From the NCBI RefSeq assembly GCF_041956535.1, contig NW_027192196.1:985823-1049822 (forward strand): DNA of 64,000 nt, written 5' to 3'. The stretch's first letter is position 1. Every line of letters begins with the position of its first letter. A program made the position numbers and the translations under genes. This document shows, one piece after another, positions 1 to 11,366 of the stretch. The notes below the pieces were generated by a model. That model saw only the letters and a program-made list of their open reading frames with translations, was not told the origin of the DNA and did no database searches. Origin of the DNA: Calcarisporiella thermophila CBS 279.70 (taxonomy: Eukaryota; Fungi; Calcarisporiellomycota).

Positions 1-675
1 ACATCTTGTTTCTTTACTTTATGAATCCTAAGCCTATATATGTTTATTTTGGACGCACTCTAATATAGCATCCGACGTTCCCGTGCATGAAGCTGTAGCA
101 AGCTGCTGCCCCCCCACTTTGTCTAGTGAAACTTAGGCCGCTATAGTCATCAGAGAGGAAAAAAGCATGGTGTCGGCATTGGAAAGTCCATTAAGGCCTC
201 TTTAGGAATAACGCCTGGCTCTTTCTTCGCCTAAAGATGCAACCCCCTCTTGGCTGCACCGCCGCGTCTCTCATCTATCCTATTTAGATATGCATATTGT
301 TCAGGGCCCCTTTTATCTCTCCCCCCGCTGACGCTAGGCACCCTCACTCTGGAGACACGAGACACCACGGTAAATGGTGACTACGGAGTCAGCCGTGAGA
401 TGTAAGCCCCCACTTATGAAACGGAAGAGAAGGGATGGAGCCTAGGCCGCTGACGAACATTTCTCGTTTTTTATTTCCTTTTGTACTTTTTGGGTTCCAC
501 TACAGGCTATGGACCAGAGTGAGTGTGGCGCAGAAAGGAACATTGAGCTTTATTTTCATCCTTTATTCTATCAAAGAGGTTCTAGGGCAAGAGACTATCG
601 TTTGAAACCAACACCATCAAACCAAATCAATACACTCTGCTCGAGTGGAAGCTCTCCTGCGTGCCGAGGCCCTCT

Positions 676-3600
676 CTAGTTTTCTCCGGCCTCCTCCTCC
701 CCATCCTTGCTGGGGCCCGCCGTCGACGCGGCCTTCATCTTCTTCTGGTGCAGCCGCTCCGCCACCATGGCCACGCCCGGGATGGCCGTGAAGGCGCGAG
801 GGCTCGACCCCAGGATCTCGTCCACCGTGCTGGGGGCGGACGAGGAGGTCCCAGTCGAGCCAGTCGAGTAGAGGGGGAGGGCCGCGGGAGGCAGCTGGAT
901 CATGGCGGCCGTGGCGGGCGAGTTGGAGCCGGTGGGGGCCCGGCTCAAGTTCGCGAGGGTGCCGCTCGGCACCGCGGCCGCGGCCGCGTCGGCGGGCTTC
1001 ACCTCCGCTGCCCTCGACGGGGTATTTGACGGCTCGGTGGAGGCGCCGGACGCCGTCGAGTGGGCGGTGTGGAGGGCGGGGGGGTCGTAGATTTGCTGGC
1101 GGTGCACCTGGTTCTGCTGCACCAGGGCGGGCTCCATCAGGCCCGTGGCGCCCACGAGGGTGGAGTTCTGCAGCGCGCTGGTCGAGGGCGCCGGGTGCAC
1201 GACCTCCTCGGCCTGGCGCGAGAACCGCAGCAGCATGTGCAGCTCCTCCTGCAGTGTCTCGTGCCGGAACTGAGCGCGAATCATGGGCACGTTGGTCTTC
1301 TGCATGTCGTTGCCCGCTACCCCCGGAAGCCACCAGTTCTTCCCGAGCCAGTGCTTCTTGATCGCGTTCTCGAACCCACTCTGTATCACCGAGTTGCGCG
1401 CCAGCTCGCACATGTCGGGCGACGACAGCTTCCAGATCTGCGCCGCCACGCTGTACTCCTCGATCAGCGGCTCGCGCGTGAAGTGGAACTGCAGCGGGTC
1501 ATCGGTCGACAGCGAGACGTTCAGGCCGCGCTGGAAGAAGGAGAGGAAGGGGTTGCGCTCGTAGTCGAGGAAGAGAGCGTTGTTGGAGAGGGGCGACATC
1601 GCAATGCCGATCTGCTTGAGGTAGTAGAGGTACTGCAGCGCCGGGACCTTGCGCAGCAAGATTCCGTGGTTGATGCCGTACGACGTGAGGAACGCGGAGG
1701 TCAAGTGGTCGGTGTCGCCCGCCTCACCCGAGTGGGGCCGCAGCACAAACGTGTTGAATCCGCGCTCTCGGCGCCACTGGTTCAGGCTCGTCATGTTCGC
1801 GTACATGTAGTAGAGGTAGTAGGAGTAGGGCGGGTTCAGCTCACCGTTCCAGGCGCGAGGGAATGGGAACTTCTTGTGGATGCGCCGCTCGGGCTTGGAT
1901 TCGTCGTCGACGGAGTCGAAGCCCACGACCCGCTGGAGGAAAACGTGCAGTTCGGGGTGGGATCGCGGGTCTTTCGTCACCTCGAAGAGAGGCTCGAAGA
2001 TGTCTATAAGGGGGAGGGGAAGAAAGAAAGAGGAATGAATTCAATGGTTCAGCGACATAGAAAATCGAGCGTGTGTTTTCCAATGAACACAGCTCGCGTT
2101 TACAGAGCATTGACACGTACTTTTGATGAGATTCTCAAAGTTGTCCACAATCCCGCTCTGCTTGTAAATATTGTAGAGACGGGGCACTTGGATTAACCAG
2201 CGCACATTGTTGGAGAAGATCTTGTTGTTGACCACCCACTTCGCGAGTTTGTCCCACTCCGATTTGGAGCGCCCGTAGATGGAAATACGGAATTCGGCCA
2301 TCTGATACTTGCTGGCCTCGAGATCGGAGATGACCTCTGACAGAAACCAAGAGTGGGGAGAGAAGATGATAAAACTGATGGTTAGTGTGACCAAAAGATA
2401 GCTCCATTATCAAAATTAAATTTTTTAAGAAGAGGGTACAAACCCTTGGTCAGCTCGGCCAAGTAGCGCCCTTCGATGTAGTTGTCCGTCTTCAAGAAGA
2501 TCTCACGAAGTCTACTCTCTCCAATGGGGTTATATTTGAGATTGAACTTGTCGAAACGATGGAAAGAGTCCTTATGGGCCTGTAAAGCGTGCACAAATAT
2601 GAGTCTATCGATGGCAAATGGAGGGCGGTGAGAAAGAAGCACCTACATGCATATCCAATGTGTCGATGCTGAGGTCGTAGGCAGTAAGACCCAAACTCTC
2701 AAACACCTCTGCCAGCGTCAGGCATTTCCCGTCACGATGGATCACCAAATCCTAATACAAGAGGAGTGGCCATTACAACCTCCGTCAACACCAAAACGCC
2801 GGAGAAAACTTACATCAGGGCACTTCTTCATCTTGGATTTGATGAAGCGCAGCAAGTGCTTTTGATTCATGCAGCTGGAGTGGTGCACGTGGGTATCCAC
2901 CTTACGCACATTGTAAAAGTCTCTGTGCGGAACCCGCTATTCAATAAAAAAAAACCCAAGGAGAGGAACATTAGGCATGCTGACCTAGGGGGACCGTGCG
3001 ACCAAACCAGCCTACCTTGGAGTCCACCAGCTCTTGGTATTCGTTAAGGAGCACATACAAGTTCCATTTGCTCTCGAGGTAACGAAGTCGCCGGAACGCA
3101 AAGCTCTTGGCTGGTCCGTCGGAGATCACATTAAGGATGAAGTCGAGATCCTGGAAATAGTCTTTAATGCTTGGGACGTGGTATGCGGGGCGCTTGGTCT
3201 TCTGATCCGCATTGGATCGGTAGACCTGGTAAACGCCAGACTCGTCCATCATATACGCAAACTACAGACAAAGTGAATGAGAGGATCCCCTAAAGCATGG
3301 GTGCGACTTTGGCAAAAAGCTGCTTACCTTGTGCTCTCCAGGGATCTCGCACTTTTCAAACTCAAAGTCATCCCCAACCGACTGAGTGCCACTGTCCCGC
3401 CTCTGAAGCGAGGAGCTCCCATCCGCAGCCGTCTGATGCTGAGGCCACGAGGGTGGGGGCGGGGGAGGATAGATCTTCCAGTCGTCCGAGTTCTTCGGAT
3501 TGTCCTCCAGACGCTGGCACGAAAGAGCCATGTATCGGTCGCGCAAATCGAGACATTTCGAGAAGTTGGTGTAGAGACTACGAAGCTCGGTGTTGATTTC

Positions 3601-4206
3601 ATCGTCTTCAGCGAAAATAGTAGAAGGTAAGCTCTCCAAACCCTCGATGGATCCATTGGCGATATCTAGAGACTTACCGGGAATGAAATCGTCTTGTCCC
3701 TCCTCCAATTCACCATCCAAGTCTGGATTTTTGACGAGCGATTGAGCGCCCGCGAGGAATGTGACACGCTGGGGATCGCTAGGTTTAGGAGCAATGGGGA
3801 AATTGGCGGGAAGCACCTGTATAAAAATTAGTTGGGCAGAATAAGCATAAGTTTTGCGTAACGCTAGGATTATGGCAGAAATCACGGTAGAAAACAAAGT
3901 TGCCCGAAAAAGCCGATGCTTGGATTAAGGGGTGAGTGGGAAAGTGCGCATTACCTTGTTTTTTAGGGGAATCCGCTGCGCAATATATTTCGTATCTTGC
4001 TATAGATTACGAGAGAGGGAGGTGAGTGACCATAGTTCATTACCCGAATGGGTGGATGTTACATTTTGCAGCGCCTTCTCGGCATGGTACGAGTAGAATG
4101 GAGTCTGTGGGGCATCGACAGCTGGTGCGTCACCGTTGGCATCGGCACCATCGGAAACTTCGATGAATTCAGCGGCTGACGGTGAGTGCTCGCTATCTGA
4201 GTTCAT
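676..4206 (-). CDS. AMD1: AMP deaminase (multi-exon)
   Basis: The spliced product contains [62 protein letters not shown] and [15 protein letters not shown] introns join the ORF-track fragments. ATG at 4206, TAG at 676-678. Confidence 0.97.
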
Positions 4207-4676
4207 GCTGATCTATTATGTCTCTCTCTCTTATGCACGATGAATATTTTTATTTGACTTTTTTTTGGATTTTTCACTCTCTCTTTGTTTTTCCTAGGCC
4301 AAGAGAGTGCGAGAAGAGTAAATGCAGAAATCAAAATAGAACAAGCATTAGTTCATTTATGGTTGATGATTGCAACGTGACTGCTTAGAACCGCGGGAAT
4401 TGAAATAGATGATCAAAGCATCGGCCGAAAAGGGTGGAGAAATTGATTTTAATCATATCAAAATAGTGGGAATTTTCGACAATTAAAAATAACAAGAATG
4501 GGGCAAATGCAGCGTGTAGAGGGGAGAGGAGGAAAAACACAAGATGGTGCAAATAAAGCTTTTAGAAAAACAAACAGGAACGCACAAGCATAAGCATAAA
4601 ACCACACTGGTAAAGATAGCTAATATACAGATATTACACATTAACCCTCCACCACGACGCTAGCCCCGATGCGGAA

Positions 4677-5249
4677 CTAGTCCAACCCAGGTTTACCCTG
4701 TGCTCGTGCGCGCGATGGCGTGAGCGTGAGCCGAATGGTCTGCAGGCGTCCACACTCCGCTGGGAAGCCTCGCGTCACGACCTCGTCGAAGTGCTTGCTC
4801 GAGAAAAAGGTCCGAAGCCGGCTCCGGACCTCGGGCAGGTCGTAGTAGACGGCGGGGTTCTCCACGTCGGCAAGCTCCTCCGTATACGAGGCTGCAGGCT
4901 TCATCTCAGCATCGAACGAGCGGCTTCGCTGGGAGGGATCAAAGGCCTTTGACCGAGGGCTGGGGTCGTTGGAGCCCCGGCGGTGAAGGGACTGCGAGGG
5001 GAGTATCGGGAAGGTGTATCGTCGCTTCCGCAGGAACTTGGCAATGGAGGACTCCTTAGGCGATTTTGGCGAAGGCTGAGGGGGTGGCGGGAGGGGGGCA
5101 AGCGCAAGGTGATCGTAGGCGTAGTAGGAGTAGATTTCGGTGATGAAGTCGAACTCCTGAGAGGGCTTGGAGGGAGAGCGGGGGGCGGAGAAGGGGGAGA
5201 GGTTGGGGAGGGGGGCCGTGATGACGGACGCGGATTTTATACGAGGCAT
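4677..5249 (-). CDS. Uncharacterised 190-aa intronless protein, P/S-rich N-terminus with a conserved-looking C-terminal motif
   Basis: ATG in good context (cagccATG), GC-rich codons and AT-rich flanks. C-terminus reads YYDLPEVRSRLRTFFSSKHFDEVVTRGFP...TIRLTLTP. Confidence 0.75.
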   Translation of the reverse strand: MPRIKSASVITAPLPNLSPFSAPRSPSKPSQEFDFITEIYSYYAYDHLALAPLPPPPQPSPKSPKESSIAKFLRKRRYTFPILPSQSLHRRGSNDPSPRSKAFDPSQRSRSFDAEMKPAASYTEELADVENPAVYYDLPEVRSRLRTFFSSKHFDEVVTRGFPAECGRLQTIRLTLTPSRARAQGKPGLD

Positions 5250-6815
5250 GGCTGACGACGAGTATTAGATTGGATTAAGATGGAATTAAAGTAGTGAGAG
5301 GTAAAGTACAACTGCTCATAGACAAAGAGGGAAAGGAAGGACGGGAAGACGGGAGTCCTGGGTTCAGAAGGCAGACTCCAAAGACTTCGACGTTTATATA
5401 GCGGCCGGATAAGGTGTGAAACCGGGTGGATGCAACATTCGATCAGAAAAAGCAAAAATGAAACTTTTTTAAAATAGCAGATTGATCTGCAAGAAAAGAA
5501 AAATCACACTTTTCCAAGAATCTCCCGGCTTTCAGAAGGTTGACACCTGCAGCCAGCGCAAAACAGAGCTGTAATGTACACCCACAAACGGCCATAAATG
5601 GCCACGCATGAGGTCAGCTCTGGGAGGGAGGGGGAGGGGGGAAGCGGCAGGTAGCTTGCGACCAAGGCTGCGGTGGAGGCCGTGCTGAGCCAAAGAGCGC
5701 GGTCCCCGCACGAATTAGCTAAACAGGCCATGAGAGGCCAACGAGAGTCAGAGCAATGCGTGCATGTGCAGGTCACTTCTTTGTTTGTTGCGGTTGAGGA
5801 TGCTAATGTCTCCAACATTCTTGGTATCTTGGCCGATCGAATGGTCTCTGTAGGCATAGACTACAAGTGTTTTTGCCATAAGCTGTCTCGAGTCCGAGAC
5901 GAAATGCCGGTGGTGAAACGCCCTCTCTTAGGAGGAGGGAACCACCGGGGGAGACAGAAAGCTAAGAAATATATTACGTTGTTCCCAGTATCGGAGCCAT
6001 GCGCTTAACGGAGAAGTTTCAGATCTAAAACCCTAAGACACAAATGTAACTATATCGAGCCGTTTTGGTTTCTGGGGGACAGATCGCACTCGCTCACTTT
6101 GCCCCCCTCCTTCTCTTCCCTCCTCCTCCCTCTCTCCCTCCCTCCCTCTGCCCAAGCCAATCTTGGCGCATCCCGCCACACTCCATACTAAAGCAGGCCG
6201 GTGAGCAAGAAGGTCTCGGTGAGCTGTTTAGGCCGACGATCAAGTCTGACGAATAAGCTGGAACAAATGGGCGAAAGCGTGGATTGCAAGTTGTCAAAAC
6301 TGGCTGCCTTATTTAACAGGGGCTTAGTATAAGGCAGATTGCCCCTTAGTCATCGCAATTTTCCTTCCAGGCGAAATCTCCAGTCGGAGCATGGGATTTT
6401 TGCTTTGGGGAGGAAAAGCGAGGCCTGGAGAATCCCGGTGGAATTCCGTGAGCAGAGTATGGGCCTGCAGAGCTCAGCCCTTCCCCCAATCACTCGTTCC
6501 TGAACCGACTAATGAGCAGTCCAGTCTCCAATCTGGTGCTACGAGGTAGGGGCTTTCGGATATGTAATTTTTAATTACTTAATGACCAATTCCCTTGACA
6601 TTAAACTTCTCGTTTTGCAACGTTAATAAGCACAGAGCCTTGCTAAATTTATGATTTAGTAACATCTTTTTTCCTCTCTTGAGCCCTCTACTCTTTTTCT
6701 CTGCCTCGCCGCCTTTTCCATTCTCCCCCTCATCCTCCGACTTCCTCTGACCCCCCCCCCTCCCTCCCTTCCTCTGACACCTTAGTTCAGTCTGAAGTAA
6801 CATTAGCATCACGCC

Positions 6816-8729
6816 ATGGCGAATCTCATCCGTCGGAATCCTTTTCTCACCCTCTCAAATCTCAAGGAGCTGATCTTCTATGTGGTCATTCTACGCATTC
6901 TGCGCCGAACCGGGATGCAGTTGTGGAATCGCGGGGTGGTGGGAAGCATTCGCGAGTTGTATACCGACCTCTACAAGGTAAAATTGCATTTCCATCCGCC
7001 GCCCAAGCGGGTGCTAGAATTTCAAGTCCGGGGGGCTGACCATGTCTCCATTGTAGAGAGTCTTTCGATGGATCCTGCGGCTACCGACGGTCCAGAGGAT
7101 GGTGCGACAGAAAATGCAAGGCTTCATTACAGATATTGAGCGGCAGATAGCTCCTCGGCACAAAGGAGGAGAGCGACACCTGCGGCTGCCGGAAAACGGC
7201 ATGACGGAGGACCAAGTGCTCCAGGAACTCACCCGGTAATTCATGCTATCCCGAGGGGGGCTTGGCCCATCTTTCAAACCAGATACTCATACCAATAGGG
7301 TGTTACTTAGGTATTACGAAATGGGCAAACACGAGTGGGAAGAGGGTCGAGTGTCTGGTGCAGTATACCATGGGGAAAAGAGCATTATCGAGCTGAGCAC
7401 TGCGGCCTACCGTATGTTTACTTTCTCAAACCCTCTGCATCCCGACCTGTTCCCTGGCCTCACCAAGATGGAGGCCGAGGTGGTGGCCATGTGCCTGTCT
7501 CTGTTTAATGCACCCGAGGGCGCAGCAGGCACCACAACAAGCGGTGGCACTGAGAGTCTGTTGATGGCATGCAAGGCCTACCGTGACATGGCCTATGACT
7601 TACGGGGCGTAACTGAGCCAGAAATGTAAGTCTAGCTTTTCCCCTTCCAAGACAGGAGAAGAAAGGGGGGGAGGGGGGGAGGATAGCTCCTCCTCCCCCC
7701 CCCCCTCCTCGTCCTTTTGAGTTTCCATGACGACTGAATGCTCATTTGCTTCCGCTCTATTCTTATAGTGTCGTCCCGGACACCATCCATGCCGCTTTCG
7801 ACAAGGCGTGTGCATACTTCCGCATCAAACTCATCAAGGTCCCGCTGGACAAGCGCACCTACAAGGTCGATATCCGTGCGGTGCGGCGCGCCATCAACCG
7901 CAACACCATCATGCTGGCGGGCTCGGCGCCCAACTTCCCCCACGGTATCATCGATGACATCCCCGCTCTGGCGGCGCTTGCCAAGCGCCACGGCATCGGG
8001 ATGCATGTCGACTGCTGCCTGGGCGGATTTGTGATGCCGTTCCTCGAGCGAGCCGGATTCCCCACCGAGCCCTTCGACTTCCGAGTGGACGGGGTGACGA
8101 GCATCTCCTGCGACACCCACAAGTACGGCTTTGCGCCCAAGGGCTCGTCGGTGATCATGTACGTGAGCAACACCTACCGCCGATACCAGTACTTCTGCGC
8201 CCCGGACTGGACGGGTGGGGTGTATGCCTCGCCCGCCATTGCCGGGTCTCGCCCGGGCGCCCTGATCGCGGGATGCTGGGCGGCCCTGATGGTCATGGGC
8301 GAGAGCGGCTACATCGAGGCCACCCGGAAAATGGTCACGAGCGCCAAGCGCATTGAGGCCGGCATCCGCAACATCGACGAGCTGTTTGTGTACGGAGAGC
8401 CCAAGGCCACGGTCGTGGCCTTTGGAGTGCGCGATGAACCGATGGCGATCTACGCGGTTGCGGACCGCCTTACGAAGCGCGGGTGGCACCTCAACATGAC
8501 CCAGTCGCCGCCTGCGGCGCATATTGCCTGCACGCTTTTGACGACCGAGGAGGCGGCGGACAACCTCCTCGAGGACCTGCGGTCCGTGCTGGAGTATCTG
8601 CGCGCCAACCCCGAGGAGAAGAGCAAGGCCATGAACGCGGGGGTGTATGGCGCCTCCGCCTCTTTGCCCGACAAGTCCTTACTGAGCGAGGGGGCGTTTG
8701 CCTTCTTGGATGCCATGTACATGGCGTAA
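6816..8729 (+). CDS. DPL1: Sphingosine-1-phosphate lyase (PLP-dependent); exons 6816-6977, 7057-7235, 7311-7625, 7769-8729
   Basis: N-terminal TM segment; motifs [50 protein letters not shown] (PLP lysine) and GSRPG. Canonical splice sites keep the frame. Confidence 0.97.
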
Positions 8730-8921
8730 AATACCTTGGTTTGTGACCTGATTCTTGAAGTTACCCCCCCTCCCCCCCCTTTTCCTCTCTCTGTTTGTTT
8801 GCCAGTTTGTTTTGCCCTTTGTGTTTTACGCTGTGGCTTACTTCCTGCTACCTCCATTAATTATCAGTTGTATATGGACCGAGTATCGTCATCAATAAGA
8901 TTCTCTCTACTGGAGTCTTCT

Positions 8922-8956
8922 CCACTACTACTACTACTACTACTTATTATTATGAT
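8922..8956 (+). repeat. (CTA)n/(TTA)n trinucleotide microsatellite downstream of DPL1
   Basis: cactactactactactactacttattattatgatt seen directly. Confidence 0.85.
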
Positions 8957-10117
8957 TACTATTGTTACTACCCCTATGCTTATTTATATTTTTTGCCTAT
9001 TTATTGATTCATTCATGGATACTCCCATTTCCTCTAGAAGTACTCGAATAATAAAAAAAAAAACGGGAACCAACCAAAACAGGTTCTATCCATCGATGGT
9101 CTCCCTCGCCTAAACCACAATCCCAGGCCAGGACTGACTTTGGCCTTGGGTTGAGCCGTGCCGAATCAGTTCATGTGTTTTCTAAATATGGCCCGTCTCC
9201 TAAGGAGGTAACGTCGGCTATATGCGGGCAAGCCCTCCTCTCGGGGTTAGAGCAGGGATGAAGGATGGCCCTTGAGAAAACTGGATGGCCTTCTCTTTGA
9301 GACAAATGACAATTTCCTTAAATGCTCTGCCAAGCAAAACCATAAACACATCTCGGTTGCCTATCTCCCCACCGATTAAGCAGATAGACACGTGGGCCGT
9401 GGGATAGCTGTAGGAGGAGGCTCTTTTGCAAGGGTTGGGAGAAAGAGGCCCCATAGAGGCTAAATTGAAGTCCCATCGGTACGATGGGCCGAAGAAAAAC
9501 AGCATACCGCGAACGGGTTAACAGTCCGGATGCGATGCTTCCAAGTAGAAAAGAAAATGGAGGGTAATCTTTCTCCTCCTTCCATTCTGGCCGCATATGC
9601 CTAGCTTTGCACTCCCATGATGCCTATTCGCGCCTGTGAAGCACGCGCGGTTTGAAAGGCATCTCATAGAGAAAACAGAGAAGGTGCAAATGCCTGGATC
9701 TGGGGTGCATTGGGAGGCTTTTTTTTTTTCCAAGGAAAACAAACAGCCGGAGAGTGGTGATAGGATTGTTTTTGGGTTTATTCGTGTTTAGCTGAGGTGC
9801 ATGATAGGAAGGGAGGGGGGAGGGGGAGGGAGTGGAGAGAGGGGCTATGGGGAACGAGTCGAGGGAGAAGGGAAATAGGATAACGGGTTCATATTTTCTC
9901 ATGTTTCCATCTTAGGGGCGGCAACGAACTAATCTAAGGAGAGAATGGCAACAAAGGGAAATAATGTTGGAACAATATATAAACTATGGGAGAAAATATA
10001 ATATATATATACATAGCTTTGCATAATGGAGAGTCATAGTATAAAACATATAAAGAGAAACAACAGCAATGGTATCCTAGCCACCGCGGGCCGTCATCCC
10101 CCGACCTTGCGATCTTG

Positions 10118-10411
10118 TTAGAAGAAGCTTTTCAGCCGAGAGAGCGAGCTCTTGTCTGTCAGCATGGTGGTGTCTGACCTTGAGGAGCCCGAGCTCACGC
10201 TTAGTGAGCGCTTATCACCCCGTCGCAGGACACGCGAAAGCAAGGAGGTGGGGCGCGGAGACGGGGAGTCTTCGTCCTGGGTTTGGGCAAACAGGCGTTC
10301 GTCTTCGGCAAATGGGGTGTGTGTGAGTGACATGTCGAAGAGGCAGAGTAGCTCGGCTTGGAGATGATGCAAGCGGCCATTGAGCTCGTGCTGATGAATG
10401 GTTTCTGCCAT
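10118..10411 (-). CDS. Putative 97-aa orphan protein with S/R-rich C-terminus
   Basis: A-rich leader and acaATGg context; GC-richer than the flanks; pyrimidine-rich upstream region on the coding strand. No family recognised. Confidence 0.55.
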   Translation of the reverse strand: MAETIHQHELNGRLHHLQAELLCLFDMSLTHTPFAEDERLFAQTQDEDSPSPRPTSLLSRVLRRGDKRSLSVSSGSSRSDTTMLTDKSSLSRLKSFF

Positions 10412-11366
10412 TGTCGTCTACTCTATTTGTATTGTTTTTTTTTTGAAATGAAATGCACTCGAGAATGGATGGGCGATGCCAGAGAGAATGCTACGCCAGT
10501 CCACAGGAAAGAGGAAAGAAATGCAAAAGAGGAGAGAAAGCGTTGAAGGAAAAAAAAAAGGAGAAACCAGTTTTTCAATCTATTTTCTTTTCCTATCTGG
10601 CCTTGCATAAGGAAAAAATGGATCTAAAAAGTCTCAGTGCCTGATGGCTTGCAGGGTGCACAGATAGGGCGAATAAATTTAGGGATGGTGTGTGCGTTAT
10701 GTGGTTATTCGATGGCGAAGTTAAACAAGCACTATGAATATTTTAAGCAATTATGAGATGGGGTGACGCGCATGACTCTAGGCCAGCACTCGCCAGAGTG
10801 GAACTTCCACCCATCATGGTAGCATCCGCCATTGGAGCACCGAGCCGCCCCCGGCCTTCAAGGGAAGAGCAGCGGCAGCCCGGCCGCCGGAATTCGCGGG
10901 ATGGCTGGGGGGAGGCGAGAGGGGGGCGGTGGCAGCAGCAGCACCCGATCCTCTTGCAGCTGGAAGGGAAGCCAATTTGTGAGAGTTGACAGGTCCCTTT
11001 TCAACGATACGCAACCCCCTCTTATTTACAAGTTCAGATTTCGGATACACAAACAGCCTGCCTGAACACAAGGGCATCGGCGGAAGATTGGAAGATGGAT
11101 TCTTAATTCGCGAGTTTCCATATATTGCAAAGTCAATTCATGGTTGTATTAAATAGAACTGAGCTAAGTACTATAGGAGAGGATCGAATGGAAAAGAAAT
11201 TCTCTCAGCCTTGTGAGAAATACAAGCGGGTGCGCATGGACAAAAATAGCATGGCATGATGTGGATGAAGAGAGCGAGTGAAGGTGCAGCCGTGACAAAA
11301 GAGTAAAAAAAAAACAAATGAAATTGTGCAGTACCAAGTGAAGAAAGAAAAAAAGACCTTCCAAGG

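Noticed and set aside
418-470. Hammerhead-like CTGACGA/GAAA words (also about 6246 and about 25450)
   Set aside because: Stem II pairing is absent in each case.
1060-2196. Long antisense or alternate-frame ORFs (also 617-1411, 7632-8522, 19345-20061, 22713-23495, 25945-26955, 28210-29583, 41553-42362)
   Set aside because: Shadow ORFs of GC3-rich or repetitive coding sequence; their products are low-complexity with no family motifs.
6298-6526. Resemblance to fungal RNase P/MRP RNA (AGTCGGAG / CCGACTAAT pair, GGGGCTTAGT)
   Set aside because: The GGNAA of CR-I, a convincing P2 and proper CR-IV spacing are missing; not callable without a covariance-model hit.
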